DNA of 64,000 nt from Blasia pusilla (lineage: Eukaryota), in assembly GCA_050084515.1 (NCBI GenBank), contig CM114271.1, positions 25,668,001 to 25,732,000 of the forward strand. The letters are read 5' to 3'. Every line of letters starts with the position of its first letter. The stretch's first letter is position 1. The notes beneath the pieces are model-generated. The model ran no database searches, was not told where the DNA came from, and saw only the letters and a program-made list of their open reading frames with translations. The position numbers and the translations under genes were made by a program. This document shows, piece after piece, positions 51,411-64,000 of the stretch.

Positions 51411-54400
51411 TACCTAATAGTGCATTCTATGAAGCTATCGAGAATGCATGCATCATCGGGCCAACTACTCATGTACAACCACGAGTTGAGTTACCTACCA
51501 CTTTTCCTAATCAAGATGAATATGAAATCGTAGATAATTCTTGGACTCTTCCCCACGTTGGAGATGAAGTGAGGTCAAGAGTAGATGACGTGTCTTCTAC
51601 TCTCAATGGAGTCGTGTTGCCTCCACAAAGGGTTGTAAGACAGAATACATTAATCTTGCAAGAAGGCCAAATTTCCAAGGGAGTGATATTAGGAAGTTGT
51701 GATTACAAAGGAGTTTGAATCATATTAGCGGTCGTCATACATTAGGTTCCACGACAGAGGTATGCCCCTCAAGTCGTGCCTTACATTGGAAATGTGAAAT
51801 GGTCAAAGGTACAAAGTTTAATGAATCACCATACGGTACATGTTGTAACCATGGGAAAATACAATTACCCCTCTTGAAATTGTCTTCTCCATTCTTGAAA
51901 TCGTTGATTTCAGGTGTTGGTCCTAGAAGTCTTCATTTTCTTACACATGCCCGAGCTTCCAATTCTCCACTTTAGCTTGCATCAACTAGAGTGCATGTAA
52001 ATGAATAAGTTGGTGGTACTGGACACTTTAGGGTCCAAGGCGGTATTTATCATTCCATTGGACCCTTATATCCTAATATAGGGGAGCAACCCCAATTTGC
52101 TCAACTCTACAATCATGATGCTGCAAATGAATTGGAGAATGGGGGAAGAGTTATGTGTAGATCTTTTGATATAAACATCTTGAAAGGGCTTCAAGACATG
52201 TTACATCAATGCAATCCTTATATCAAGATCTTTTGTCATATGGCATCTGAAGCAAGTGATCTTCATATGTTGATTGATCCTCAAGGAAAGTAAGATAGAT
52301 CTTGATGCAAAGTGTTATAGCTTACCAACTGCTTCTGAGGTTGTTGCTATTTTGTCGGATGGTGGAAGTGAAAATGTTGACCATCGTGATATAATTGTAT
52401 GATCGCATGGAGGATGAATGAGGTGTATATCTGACCTCAATGAAGCATACATTCCATTACACTTTGTTCTATTATTTATCTATGGCGAAGCTGGTTGGCA
52501 TCCTGGAATACCATTCAAAGGACTTGGAGACTATAGAACATCTGAAAAATTGGACTATGTTATTCATGGGGAAGAGGGACATATTTAAACCTTCACATGA
52601 TTGGATGGATGAGGAAAGAGTTGACGATGATGCTATTATGGAAAGAAAGACAAAGAGTGTTACGGTTGTGCAATTTGCATGTTTTCGACTTCAAATGTGG
52701 ATTGGAGGCAAAGACGACAATCGCTTATTGCGGTTTGGTCGACTTACTGAAGAATATATGGTTGACCTCTATGCTATTGTAGAGATGCAATGATTATCAT
52801 GGGTTCGCTTTGTCACGTCTTTTAGGATAGATCGGTGGGATCTAATAGAGCGCCTTCATGAGTAGTGGAGGACACACCCAGTAGGTCGAGGGTGACCTGC
52901 TGAGGCCCTTGGAAACCTGAGATAGCAGATTTCCCCTTCGTTTCGGCTCATTTGGAGCCATATTGAGGAACTTACTATTTTAGGTAAGTACCATTTTGAG
53001 TATATGATCGACTTACTATTTTTGGTAAGTGGCCCTTGACCTCCTACATCAGGTCAAGAGCCAAGGAGGTGACTTGGGAGAATAGGTTACCATGGAGAGA
53101 GCTTGGGAGAGGAGAGGGATATACCTCAAGGAGAGAGAGCTTGAGAGCTCATTCTCTCTTTGTTGAACCTCTTGGCATGAGGCGGCGGAGCTATGATACC
53201 TTGCCTTGTGAGTGTAACCCAAGCCTCTCATTAAGAGAGTGGGTTTGGTTTGACATGAGAGAGAGTGCACACCTTTGAGAGCTATGGTATGAGATAGTGG
53301 AGAGAGAGATTGGATCTTACTTTACAAAGAGAGAATGAGAGAGTGAGAGAGCTTCATGGGGGAGCTCGCTGGTCACTCACTGTTTTTGCAGGTTGGGGAC
53401 CGTGTTCCCCGTTCAGCGGCTCATGGGAGTGCTCACCGGAGCAAGGGCTGCTTTCATTACTCTTTGCATTTGCCGATTTTTCGTGTGGAAGAGTGGCGCG
53501 CGGAAGCGCTGCCCAATTTTTGATAGGGATTGAGTACGGGGGCGGGTTGCCCCATGCTGGTGCTCTCGGGAGCACCATGTAGCTTGCTGATTTGTATTTT
53601 TACAGATGTTACATTTTCGTTGGGAGAAATCAGCGCGGGAGCGCTGCCGAATTTTGTGTAGGAGAAAGAGACATTGGGCTTTACGACAGTCCCCGTCACT
53701 TTTTACTGAAATGTCCAATTCTAAATATTTTTTGATGGTAGCGTAGATCGTGAAGCTGTACACGCTATGCAATAAACAGTGCACAATTTGGAGTTGCAAG
53801 CAAAAAGTTATGGGCAATCTTGTAAAGCTGCCATTGCTAGGCGATTTTTAGGGTTAAATCGTGCAAACCCTAAATCAGCCGCCACACCGGCGGCGGCCGT
53901 CGCCATCATAGTCACCGTCAACGGTCGACGGTCAACCATCACAATCAACGGTCAACCATCACCGTCATCGGTCGGCCATCACCATCAGCGGTCAACCGTC
54001 ACTGTCAAGGGTCCACCGTCCATTGTCCACCCTTTGGGTGCCATTGCCGCCATTACAGAGTGGAGGGTCTTCCATGACGTTCGTTGATTCCTTGACTTGC
54101 GTCGCCACCACATACTTTGTTTTGGCCGCCACCGTCATCGCAATTTCTTCATCAACCAGTGAAGGCAGATGACCTCCGGTTATGGTGTTTGAGTTTTGAT
54201 TTCATGCTGCTATGTTGTGATTGGTAGCCGCTCGACGACGATCGAGTATCGTGCCGTGACGCCCGTAGCCGCAACGCGACGCCGATTGCCGCGCCGTGCC
54301 ACTTGTGGCCGCACCGCACCATCTCGATCGCGGAGCCGCACCGTCATTGTGGAGCTGAGTGTGGGATTATTATTGATTGAGGAGGGTATGCCGCCGAGTG

Positions 54401-57400
54401 CCGCATCCCACCATCGCGGGCCATGCCGTTCGTAGCCATTCCGTGCCGCCTGCAACGCCGCACCGTTCCGCTGGGACCGCACTGTCTATCGAGGAGTTTT
54501 GAGCAGCATCAGTACGGGAGGAGTATGACTTGCTGATTGGAGGAGTTGTCTCCACGATCGAGTTGGGGTTGAGATTTGCGATTCTTTGAGGAGCGACATC
54601 GACATGTGTTCAGTTACCCTATTACGGTCCTTTACCCTGCACGTGTGAGGGATTCTGGGATTTATTTGGGGATATTGGGTGTGTGGATGCTAAGAGCATC
54701 ATTTATGTATGTGGTTTAGGGGACATAGACCTGTGTGGGATGTCCGGAGTTGAGGGTAGGTTGTCGATGAGATGATAGCCTCGTCGATTTGCCGCACCAC
54801 GCCGCGTGTTGCCGCACGTTACACGTCTCGGGGAGAGAGAGTGTAGATCGAGTGCCGCATGTTTGGGATGAGTGATTGAGGGATTCCTCACGAGGTTCAG
54901 AGTGATCGGGTGAGAGGGGCACGAGGGTCATCACGGAGTCTGTTCGGGACTTTGAGAGGCGAGGTGGTGAACCCGAGAGTAGCTCTAGAGGTTTTACGCG
55001 GAGTGGCGCGAGGTTTTGAGGGTCTCCACGTGAGGGACCACCTCGACCTCCTTCTGTGTCATCGTCAAACGAGGGGGAGGGTGTAGAGGAGTTTGTGAGC
55101 ACATCGCCACACATTGTGAGTGGTCCTACCAGTTGGGTGTACAAGATGGACGACCGGGGTAGAGGACCGCGTAGGTTTTCAGGTGCAGTAGGCACGATTG
55201 AGTTGCACGATTTTATAGCAGAGTTTAGGAGTTGGTGCGACTCCCAGCGGGCCAGGAACTCTAGAGAGTTTAACCCGTTTACAGCATATATGGAACGGTA
55301 TGTTCCAGCATTTAGAGGGGGCGCCCATGGACGATTACCATGAGTTCTCTCAGAGATATGCATGTGAGATCGAGGCGTGGAGGCTCTACTATGACCCACA
55401 TTATGTGTCATGGACGGAGCCATTCCCAGATGAGGAGGAGGAGGAGTCAGGAGAGGCTACTGCCTCTTCCACTAGTGACGTTTTAGGAGGGATCACTCGC
55501 ACGGGAGCAGTTGCACCGTCTAGTCGGGTTCGCCCGAGTTCAACCCCGTGGTTGAGTTCTTTCTTTGAGTTGAGGGCGAGCTACCGGGGGTACGGACGGA
55601 GAAGTTGCGGAGCATCCACGACTTCAGGCGCCGGGTGAGAGTTTGCGTGAGGCTTACACTCGCTTGCGCCGGTTGATCAACGTCACTCAGGGGGTGACAG
55701 AGGCTCAGGCTATCCAGTCATGGTATGCGATGCTGGACCGGACACGGGTGCGGGAGGGGGTGCTTCTTATGAACACCTCCCCTACGTTGAGAGATGTTTT
55801 TAGGACCGCCGAGAACATTGAGCGCAATATGGCGGAGGAGAGCGTAGCCACCATGGGTTCTGGCGAGCGATCCACGATTATCGCACCACCTATGCAAAGA
55901 ACGTGGACTCCGAGATAGGTCGACTGTGGCACCACGAGCTCAGGGAGGATACCGAGAGGCCGTGCCACAGAGACCTGCGCCTTCATATGCGGCTCAGCAG
56001 CAGCCGCCTACTATTGCTTGTTGGTCATGTGGTGAAGCCCATCATCAGCGCGATTGCACTCGTCAGGGTCATGGACGTGTGCCTCAGCATGGAGGAGGAG
56101 ATGGTGTTGCACCAGGAGGTTATCAGTGTGATTATTGTCAGAGGTATGGTCATACACGCGCGAGGTGTTTTAGTTTACATCCTGAGTTACGTCTGGACCG
56201 AGGGCTAGAGAGGGCACCAGAGCGAGTAGCCGGTCCGGGTGGGCCTAGAGATCGTGCTCCAGGTGGTCCCGTTGGGGGACGAGGAGCTAGAGTTGCCCGA
56301 CAGGGTGGTGGAGCTGCCCGTGGAGGAGGTAGAGTACCACCACCTAGACGCGCCGAGGGAGATGCCGGACGTGAGGCTGGGATGGCTGGGATGATACAAC
56401 AGCTACAAGAGCAGATTGCCGCTATGGCATTGAGGTTACCCGATGCCGGATCCGTGGCATCGACATCATATGGAGCAGCCAGAGATGTGGAGGATCCTGG
56501 ATGGATGTGCGGGGTTGCCCAAATGGAGGCCGCGCTTGCGGTTGTGATGCGTGGAGCAGCGCAGAGTTGGATCCACGAGGGGAAGCTTGATGAGCAGACT
56601 AGGCTTCCTCAATCTTTCACGTTGTCCGAAGCGATGAGGACCCCATCGATGGGTCCTCATCAAAGTTCCTAGAGAGTTGGTAATGTTGTTGGTGTGCAAG
56701 CACGGAGGGCGATGGGAGAAGCGAAAAGTGCGGCGACTCCTATTGTTGATGTTCGGGAGGGGCATGTGTCGAGCACGTTGTTGGGGCGGCCACCGTTGTA
56801 TACCGCACTCCTTTATTTTTACGCCCGATGTTGTGACGTTGGGAGGTACGCCCGCCGAGGCTTTTGGCTGGCCGCTTCACTATGTGAGCGAGTTGGAGTT
56901 CTGCATCACGTTGAGGTGATTGCAGAGGAGGTGATGGACCTGCCCTTGGAGCGGATGCTCGGGCCATCCACGTCGATTCATGGTAGGTGCGGGTGCTAGG
57001 ATGGCGGAGATGCCCGCTAGACCCGCGATAGAGCATGCCATGGCTTCTCCTGGTATTGTGTTGTTGCTGGATAACCGAGAGAGGTCTTCCGGTTGGTGAG
57101 TCCGGAGGTAGAGCTTTTAGTCGCGGTGCGTCTTGTTGATTCAAGAGCGCAACCCTTGATGTTGGGAAAGCGTCATTGAGGATTGGGCTTGAGCGAGCCG
57201 ATGTGGAGTGTTGTCCATTTCGGATCTGAGACATCCTTGGGTGGAGCGAGTACCACCAAGATATATCACCCGACAGAGGTCGTGGTGAGGATTTGCCAGA
57301 CACCCTACGAGATGAGTCCGTAGTGCGCGCCAAGGCGATAGTGGCTGATGCAGAGTCCTACGACGTCTTGGTTGGTGGAGCAGTGTTATACCCGATGGGG

Positions 57401-57839
57401 TTTTCCTTGGATTACTCGGAGGATTCAGCGTCCTACAGACCAGGATGGCAGTCAAGTGATGGGCGCCTTAGCTCATTACCCGTTCGATTCACAGGTGCAG
57501 TGATCGAGCAACGGTCAGGAGAGATGGCGACCTTAGCAGCATTTAGCAGTGCCATCACTTGGCCTAGTGATTTGATTGAGGGACATATCCAAGCAGAGGA
57601 TACTCCCGTTCCTGACATTTCTATGGAGAGAAGTGTTATGGTAGCTGCATCATTCCATGGAGGAGAGGTGCCGCTGTGGGGCTCGACTGAGGAGCTGCAA
57701 CGATTGGCAGATGAGCACGTGCAGACTGCGTGGAGCGAGGCGTTTGCACCAGAGCGTGACGGGTCTGAGGAACCCGAGGTAGCAGGGAGTGCTACGATGA
57801 CACCCTTGGATACTACACCCATTGTGTGGTGTACCCCGG

Positions 57840-58790
57840 AGGAGGGTATTTGAGTGTTAGATCTCTTTGGAGGGATTAGCACCGGGTTAGCTGATGTTTT
57901 ACAGGCAGGAGTGCGAGTACAGCAGTACCTATATGTGGAGAGTGATGATGTTACGAGGAGCGTCTCACTACGACATGTGGCACAATTACGCCTACGTTTT
58001 CCCGACTTATTGTCTACGTCCGCAGTACAGGGGTATCACAGTTCCCTACCGAGGGATATTTTGTTGTTGGGGGCGCAGGACTTAGAGCGGGTAGGGACCA
58101 TTGATTTGGTCATTGCCGGTTGGCCATGTCAGGGCCAATCGAGTCCGGACGAGGCAGCGGGTTGGCGACACTCGGTCCAGGTTGTTTTGGGAGATGTTGA
58201 GGGTCTTACGGGATTCTTGCAGAGCACCGCCTCGTTCTCCAGCCTACATTTTGGAGAATGTGCCGATCTTAAGAGACTCCAAGTCACGGGTCGTGACGAG
58301 TGCTCATCAAGTGCGTGCCTGGATCGGCCCACCAGTGTTCTTGGATGCGGCGAGTGTAGGTTCTAGAGCCCATCGCCCGCGTCTATGGTGGACCAACTTG
58401 GTGCCCCATGCGGTGTTATGGAGGGCGTATCAGAGTGGAGCGCCCCTTCCCTTTGTTAGTGGATTCCATTTTGGATCCAGTCGCCGATCCTGAGCGGTGA
58501 GGCACGATGATCGACCACCGCTGACTGTGGTCAATAGGCTCACAAACGCGGGCAGCCTTGCCCACGTTTGTGAGTTTTCCTGCTTCCTATGCATACAAGG
58601 AGGCCGGTCCTGGCTTGGTTTGGGATGACCAGGTTCAGCGGTTGGTGGAGCCCAACGCCGCGAGAGAGAGAGCGGCGATGGGATTTCCACAGGAGTGACG
58701 GCGGTACCATCGATGTCGAGAGGCATCACGACGCCATGTCTTGGGTCAGAAATGGACTGAACGACTTGACATGGATCCTCGGCTTGGGAG
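57840..58790 (+). pseudogene. E4 DNMT3-like methyltransferase domain
   Basis: VLDLFGGISTG, YLYVESD, DLVIAGWPCQG, SRLFWEMLRVL, YILENVP, DAASVGSRAHRPRLWWTNL. Confidence 0.92.
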
Positions 58791-61700
58791 TGGGTGGCGT
58801 CGTATGAGATCGCGACAGATCACAGCGGTTGCGTTGGTGAGCCCCATGCCTACCAAGACGGTGGAGGCAGTGGCTGGGGGCGAGACCCGAGGAGATCTAC
58901 GCACCATGGGAGATCGGGAGAGACACCCTTGGACTTCTTGGGATGTTTTGAAGGTACGCAAGGAGATGATAGCCACAAAGATCGGCGTGGTTTGAGCCTT
59001 TCGCACGTGGAGGAGATCAGAGTTTGCAGTTGGCTGCAGGAGAGCGGCCGAGTGTTGTTGTTCGAGACGGGGTTGCACCATAGCAACCACCGATACCCGC
59101 GCCGGAGAGTCCTACCGTAGTCACGATGGAGACTTGGGAGCCAGATATGGGCCCTAAGTTGACAGGAGGAGAGCGGCGCCGAATACATCAGTTCCTCAGG
59201 AGTTATAGGAGCCGCTGCGTTTAGCATGGAGGATTTGGGCACGCTGAAGGGACCGGGATCCGCATTGAGTTGTCAAGTGATATGCCGATCTTCCGAAGCG
59301 ACCCTGCAGTACAAAGATGATATGGAGAGGGCTCTAATTGAGTAGGAGCCAAGACTTGGTCGGAGCGAGGACTAGTGGAGATGTCGCATGGGGAGTATGC
59401 ACCGCCACCTTTGTCATGCCCGCCAAGAAGGATGTGCATGGCAATTGGACGGATAGGCGGATGTGTGGGGATTACCGACCTATCAATCGCACGAGGAAGT
59501 CCGATAGGTATGCCATGCCCACCCTCGAGGAGATCTTTGATGCGATTGGTCATGCAAAGGTCTTGATTCATGGGATTTTTGGATACCATCACCGCCTATC
59601 GATTGGAGGACAGAAGAAGACGGCATTTTGGGGCATCGATCCTCACGGGAAGGATTGTTTGTACCAGTGGTGGTTCTTACCATTTGGGTTAAGAACGCCC
59701 GGCTGAGTTTCGAGAGGGTCATGGATAGGATCTTGGCTGGTCCGGATTTTGCTAGGTGTTAAATTGATGACATCGTAGTCTTTAGCGCCACGGTTGAGGA
59801 GCATGAGCAACATCTAGAGGAGGTGTTTCGGCGATTGCAATTACATGGGTGAAGCTACATCCAGGCAAGTGCAAGTTCTTCTACGACCAGATTGAGTACT
59901 TGGGTCATACGATATACCCAAGGGGCCTTGGTGTTCAAAGCAGACGAAGGTAGAGGCTATCTCACGCATTCCACGCCCTCTGAGATGTGAGCCGTGTTCG
60001 CGCATTCATGGGATTGGCAAACTTCTATCGGCGTCGTCAAGGGATTGATTCGATTATGGCGCTGACCTTGCTCACCAAGGTGGATCACGAGTGGCTTTGG
60101 GGGATGAGCGAGGAGCGAGCATTTTCGATTGCTCAGGGCGAGTTGACGCCCGCACCCATCTTGAGGAGACCGATCGGGCGTCCTTTCGATTGCACATAGA
60201 TTGGAGCATGTTGGGGCTTGGAGCGGTGCTCACCCAAAGCATGATGATGAGGGTAGAGAGTTTGTGGTGGCTTACGCTAGCCGCTCAAACAACGCTGCAG
60301 AGGCTAATACACCTCGTATGAGGGTGAGTGCTTGGGCTGCGTGTGGGGTGTCGCGCATTTTAGGTGTTACTTATTCGGCAACCCCTTTACCATCATCATC
60401 GATCATCAACCATCTGAAGTGGTTGATGGAGTCCGACAAGCTTACAGGGAAGCTTGCGAGATCGGCTCTATTGTTGCAGGAGTATGATTTTAGGTGGTAC
60501 ATAGACTGGAACGCTCAACCAGGATGCAGATGGGTTGAGTCGTAACCCATGCCCGAGTCGAGATCACGTGGAGCTCGATGGCATGGAGAGAGTGATGAGG
60601 AGTTGGTGCCAGGATGGCACGCGTCAGCCTATTTAGGCATGTTGGCTATGGAGAGCCAGAGTGTGGAGACTTTGATGGCGAGGTCTAGTGGAGAGTCTTT
60701 GGATCCCGAGGCGGTGAGGACACGACAAGTGGCGAGATATTCATGATGATGGAGTAGTCTTAGAGTACCTTCGTCTTGGCAGCCTTGCGAGCACCATGGA
60801 TGCTAGAGAGCGGGATCGGATCCCCCGGGCCAGGCCGGTTCCGTTGGGGGGACACATGTTTTGAGGGTTTGGGAGGATGGCGAGTACGCGTAGTGCCGCA
60901 TCCTTTGCAGAGAGCACGACTAGTGCAGCATGCCCACGAGGAGTTGGGTCACTTTGGGGTGAAGCGGACGTATAGCTTGCTCCAGATTCAGTATTGGTGG
61001 CGAGGCATGCAGACTGACATTCAACATTTTGTTGCCAGGTGCATGGTGTGTGATCGGGTCCGAGCATCGTTCAATGCTCCGACTCCTGATTGCATCCATT
61101 ACCGATCATGGGCTTAGGGTATAGATGGAGTTTGGATTTTGCAGGACCTTTGCCCTTGACGGAGCGTCACAGTCGTTATGTGTTGGTGATGGTCGAGCAC
61201 TTCTTGAAGTGGATCGAGTTGGTTGCATTGCCTGACAAAGCAAGTGAGGGAGTAGCTTATGCCTTCCTTGACAGAGTCTTTGAGTCATTATGGCGCACCT
61301 GGTGAGTTGTTGATGACCAGGAGTACCGAGTTTGTGATGAGTTCCAGGCCTTGTGTGATGAGGCGCGATCGACCACCGCCACGACCGCGAGATCACCCCG
61401 AGGCGGATGGATTAGCGGAGAGAGTTGTGCACACGGTGAAGAGGGTTTACGCAAGTATGGCTTGCAGAGAGGTCACCTAGGAGATTGGGACCTCCGTTGC
61501 CATGGTTGGCGATGGGATCTGGATTCAGTGGCCAGGCATCCTTAGCGTCTTTTTTCACCGTACTTGCTACTTTATGGCGAGAGCCGATTTACCTCGGCCA
61601 TTCGTCGAGATCTTTGGTGAGTCTTGAACCTTGATGACCTAGATGTATGGGTGCGAGCATGTTCTCGAGAGGGACTGAGTTATTTCGAGAGTGATGCCCA

Positions 61701-62023
61701 TGGCGTTCAAGAACTTGGCGATTGCACAAAGATCGGGATACGTTGAGGTATGCGACTATTCGAGGTGGTGGTTATCGACCAACTATCCGGAGGTTTCATC
61801 AAGGAGATTATGTCTATTTGCAGCGACGGCACCGCGGCGTTGGATGTGATCTGCAGGCGCACTATCACGAGTGCGTGATATTTTGCCATCGGGTGTTCTC
61901 TTGCTGGAGGGACGCGATGGTATGGTATGGAAGGACCATGTGCGTAATTGTGCGCCATGTCACCTTCATAACATTGGTGGTACAGTAGATCCGAGCTTAG
62001 TAGTAGTTCCTGCAGGCTTACGT

Positions 62024-62158
62024 TGTATGTTGTGTGGTTCTGCCCGTGGTGCGGCCACGATGCTAGTCTGTGATGGGTGTTCGAGAGGATGGCATATGGC
62101 ATGTTTGACGCCACCTCTCACTAGGGTTCCTCAGGGACGATGGATGTGTCCCAGATGT
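62024..62158 (+). other. E4 integrase C-terminal PHD finger
   Basis: CMLCGSARGAATMLVCDGCSRGWHMACLTPPLTRVPQGRWMCPRC, intact C4HC3. Confidence 0.92.
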
Positions 62159-62345
62159 AGATAGAGAAGGTAGTTCTATATTCCGACTTGTGTCTATGAC
62201 ATGGATGACAAGGAGGCGACTAACGATGGGGCCACATGAGCACCCGGCCTTCTTGCTCTTAGCGTCCGAGAGATGTATGTCATGGTAGGTAGGGATAGAT
62301 GGCTATCTAGAGTTAGAGGGACCTAACCACTAGCTAGGGGGGCGA

Positions 62346-63119
62346 TTGGAGATATTTTGGTTCTTCTTGTCTCGTTTTTTGGATGCCATGAGTTAGCATG
62401 GGATCATGCGTGTTTGTGTGTGTGTTTGGTGACAGCGATGTATGTTGTGTAGCGATGTGTATGCGCACGACAACTGTCACGTCTTTTAGGATAGATCGGT
62501 GGGATCTAATAGAGCGCCTTCATGAGTAGTGGAGGACACACCCAAAGATGGGGTCGAGGTGACTGCTTTGAGGCCCTTGGAAACCTGAGATAGCAGATTT
62601 CCCCTTCGTTTCGGCTCATTTGGAGCCATATTGAGGAACTTACTATTTTAGGTAAGTACCATTTTGAGTATATGATCGACTTACTATTTTTGGTAAGTGG
62701 CCCTTGACCTCCTACATCAGGTCAAGAGCCAAGGAGGTGACTTGGGAGAATAGGTTACCATGGAGAGAGCTTGGGAGAGGAGAGGGGTATACCTCAAGGA
62801 GAGAGAGCTTGAGAGCTCATTCTCTCTTTGTTGAACCTCTTGGCATGAGGCGGCGGAGCTATGGTACCTTGCCTTGTGAGTGTAACCCAAGCCTCTCATT
62901 AGGAGAGTGGGTTTGGTTTGACATGAGAGAGAGTGCACACCTTTGAGAGCTATGGTGTGAGATGGTGGAGAGAGAGATTGGATCTTACTTTATTGGAGAT
63001 ATTTTGGTTCTTCTTGTCTCGTTGTTTGGATGCCATGAGTTAGCATGGGATCATGCGTGTTTGTGTGTGTGTTCGGTGACAACGATGTATGTTGTGTAGC
63101 GATGTGTATGCGCACGACA
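62346..63119 (+). repeat. E4 3' end B1-ac-A2-B2, preceded by PPT aggggggcga
   Basis: B1 and B2 are both 127 bp; A2 matches 52811-53324. Confidence 0.95.
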
Positions 63120-64000
63120 GCTTGAATCAAAAGGAGTTAAGGGTTGAATTATATCAAGTTTTAAAGGATGTCATGCATCGACATGATGTGGATGGTCGAA
63201 GGGTTGGGAGACGCATTGTATTACCTTCTTCTTTTACTAGAGGGCCACATCATATGCATCAATTGTATCAAGATGAAATGGAAATTGTAAGACATTTGGG
63301 GAAGCCAAACTACTTTTTGACAATGACATGCAATCCTAAGTGGGAGGAGATTACACCAGCCTTATTACTTGGTCAATCAGCTGTGGATAGACTAGATCAG
63401 GTTATACGGGTTTTAAGAAGAAAAAGAAGGAGTTGTTACAACTTATCATTAACAAGAAAATATTGGATCGAGTTCTAGGATGCATCCATGTTGTGGAATT
63501 TCAAAAAAAAGATCTCCTGCACGTGCATGTTCTTATTATTTTAGGCCATGAGGATAAACCACGAACCACTTTTGATTATGATAGTATTATTTCAGCATAA
63601 ATCCCCAATCAATCTACCCATCCAAGGTTGTATTCTACTGTCGCTAATTGCATGATTCACGGGCCATGTGGAGTATTAAATCCAAGTGCACCATGTATGG
63701 ACAAGGAAACCAAAAAATGTACCAAAGGCTACCCTGAGCCTTTTGCGGCTAGTACCACAGAGATGGAAGATGCTTACCTGATCTATCACAGGTAAGGAAC
63801 TTTTCATCCTAGATTATTTTTATGACTATAAGGGATATGAGGCCAATGTGATGATTTCATGCTTTGTAATTTTATTTTTTTAGATTGGAGAATGGGAGGG
63901 CGATACTTAAGCGCAAACATTCATTGGATAATCGTTGGGTTGTGCCCTACAATCCTATGTTCTGCGCGTTCTTTGATTGTGACATTAATTTGGAGAATAC

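Larger units (their letters stand above)
52811..63119 (+). mobile_element. Element E4: full-length (10309 bp) Gypsy-type retrotransposon with DNMT and PHD domains, split direct repeats and 4-bp TSD gctt
   Basis: TSD at 52807-52810 and 63120-63123. A1 52811-53324; gag ~55145-56400 (CWSCGEAHHQRDC, CDYCQRYGHTRARC); PR ~57050-57480; DNMT ~57840-58790; RT/RH ~59220-60560; IN ~60740-62000; PHD 62024-62158; B1 62346-62472; A2 62475-62992; B2 62993-63119. Confidence 0.95.
51700..64000 (+). mobile_element. Degraded Helitron Rep (HUH) gene, interrupted by E4 and running off the window
   Basis: CCNHGKIQLP, FRVQGGIYHSIG, PQFAQLY. SWVRL|NQKELRVELYQ is rejoined across E4. Then LPSSFTRGP, FLTMTCNPKWEEI, VEFQKKDLLHVHVLI, MIHGPCG, DNRWVVPYNP. 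Likely intron ~63792-63883. Confidence 0.9.

Overview
Eukaryotic land-plant-type nuclear DNA (bryophyte-like is my inference), about 75% transposon-derived. It holds two intact host genes on the minus strand: a 9-exon chloroplast DnaJ-ferredoxin (DJC76-type) gene and a 2-exon small mitochondrial COX7c-like gene. The main feature is four copies, from three diverged families, of a ~10 kb Ty3/Gypsy-type retrotransposon. (i) Its polyprotein reads Gag-PR-[DNMT3-like cytosine-5 methyltransferase]-RT-RNaseH-IN-[PHD finger]. (ii) Its ends are not normal paired LTRs. All three complete copies have split direct repeats, A...internal...PPT-B-A-B, an arrangement known from tyrosine-recombinase DIRS/PAT/TOC1/Ngaro elements. 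Yet they end TG...CA, make 4-bp target-site duplications, encode a DDE integrase, lack a recognisable tRNA PBS and carry an internal GACA-NN-TGTC att-like junction. The window also has a CACTA end next to a mosaic of captured gene fragments (ARIADNE, coiled-coil, RSH), Helitron relics, a CRE-like non-LTR fragment, an (AG)n microsatellite and a TTAA-flanked palindrome. All calls come from reading motifs by eye; no searches were run.
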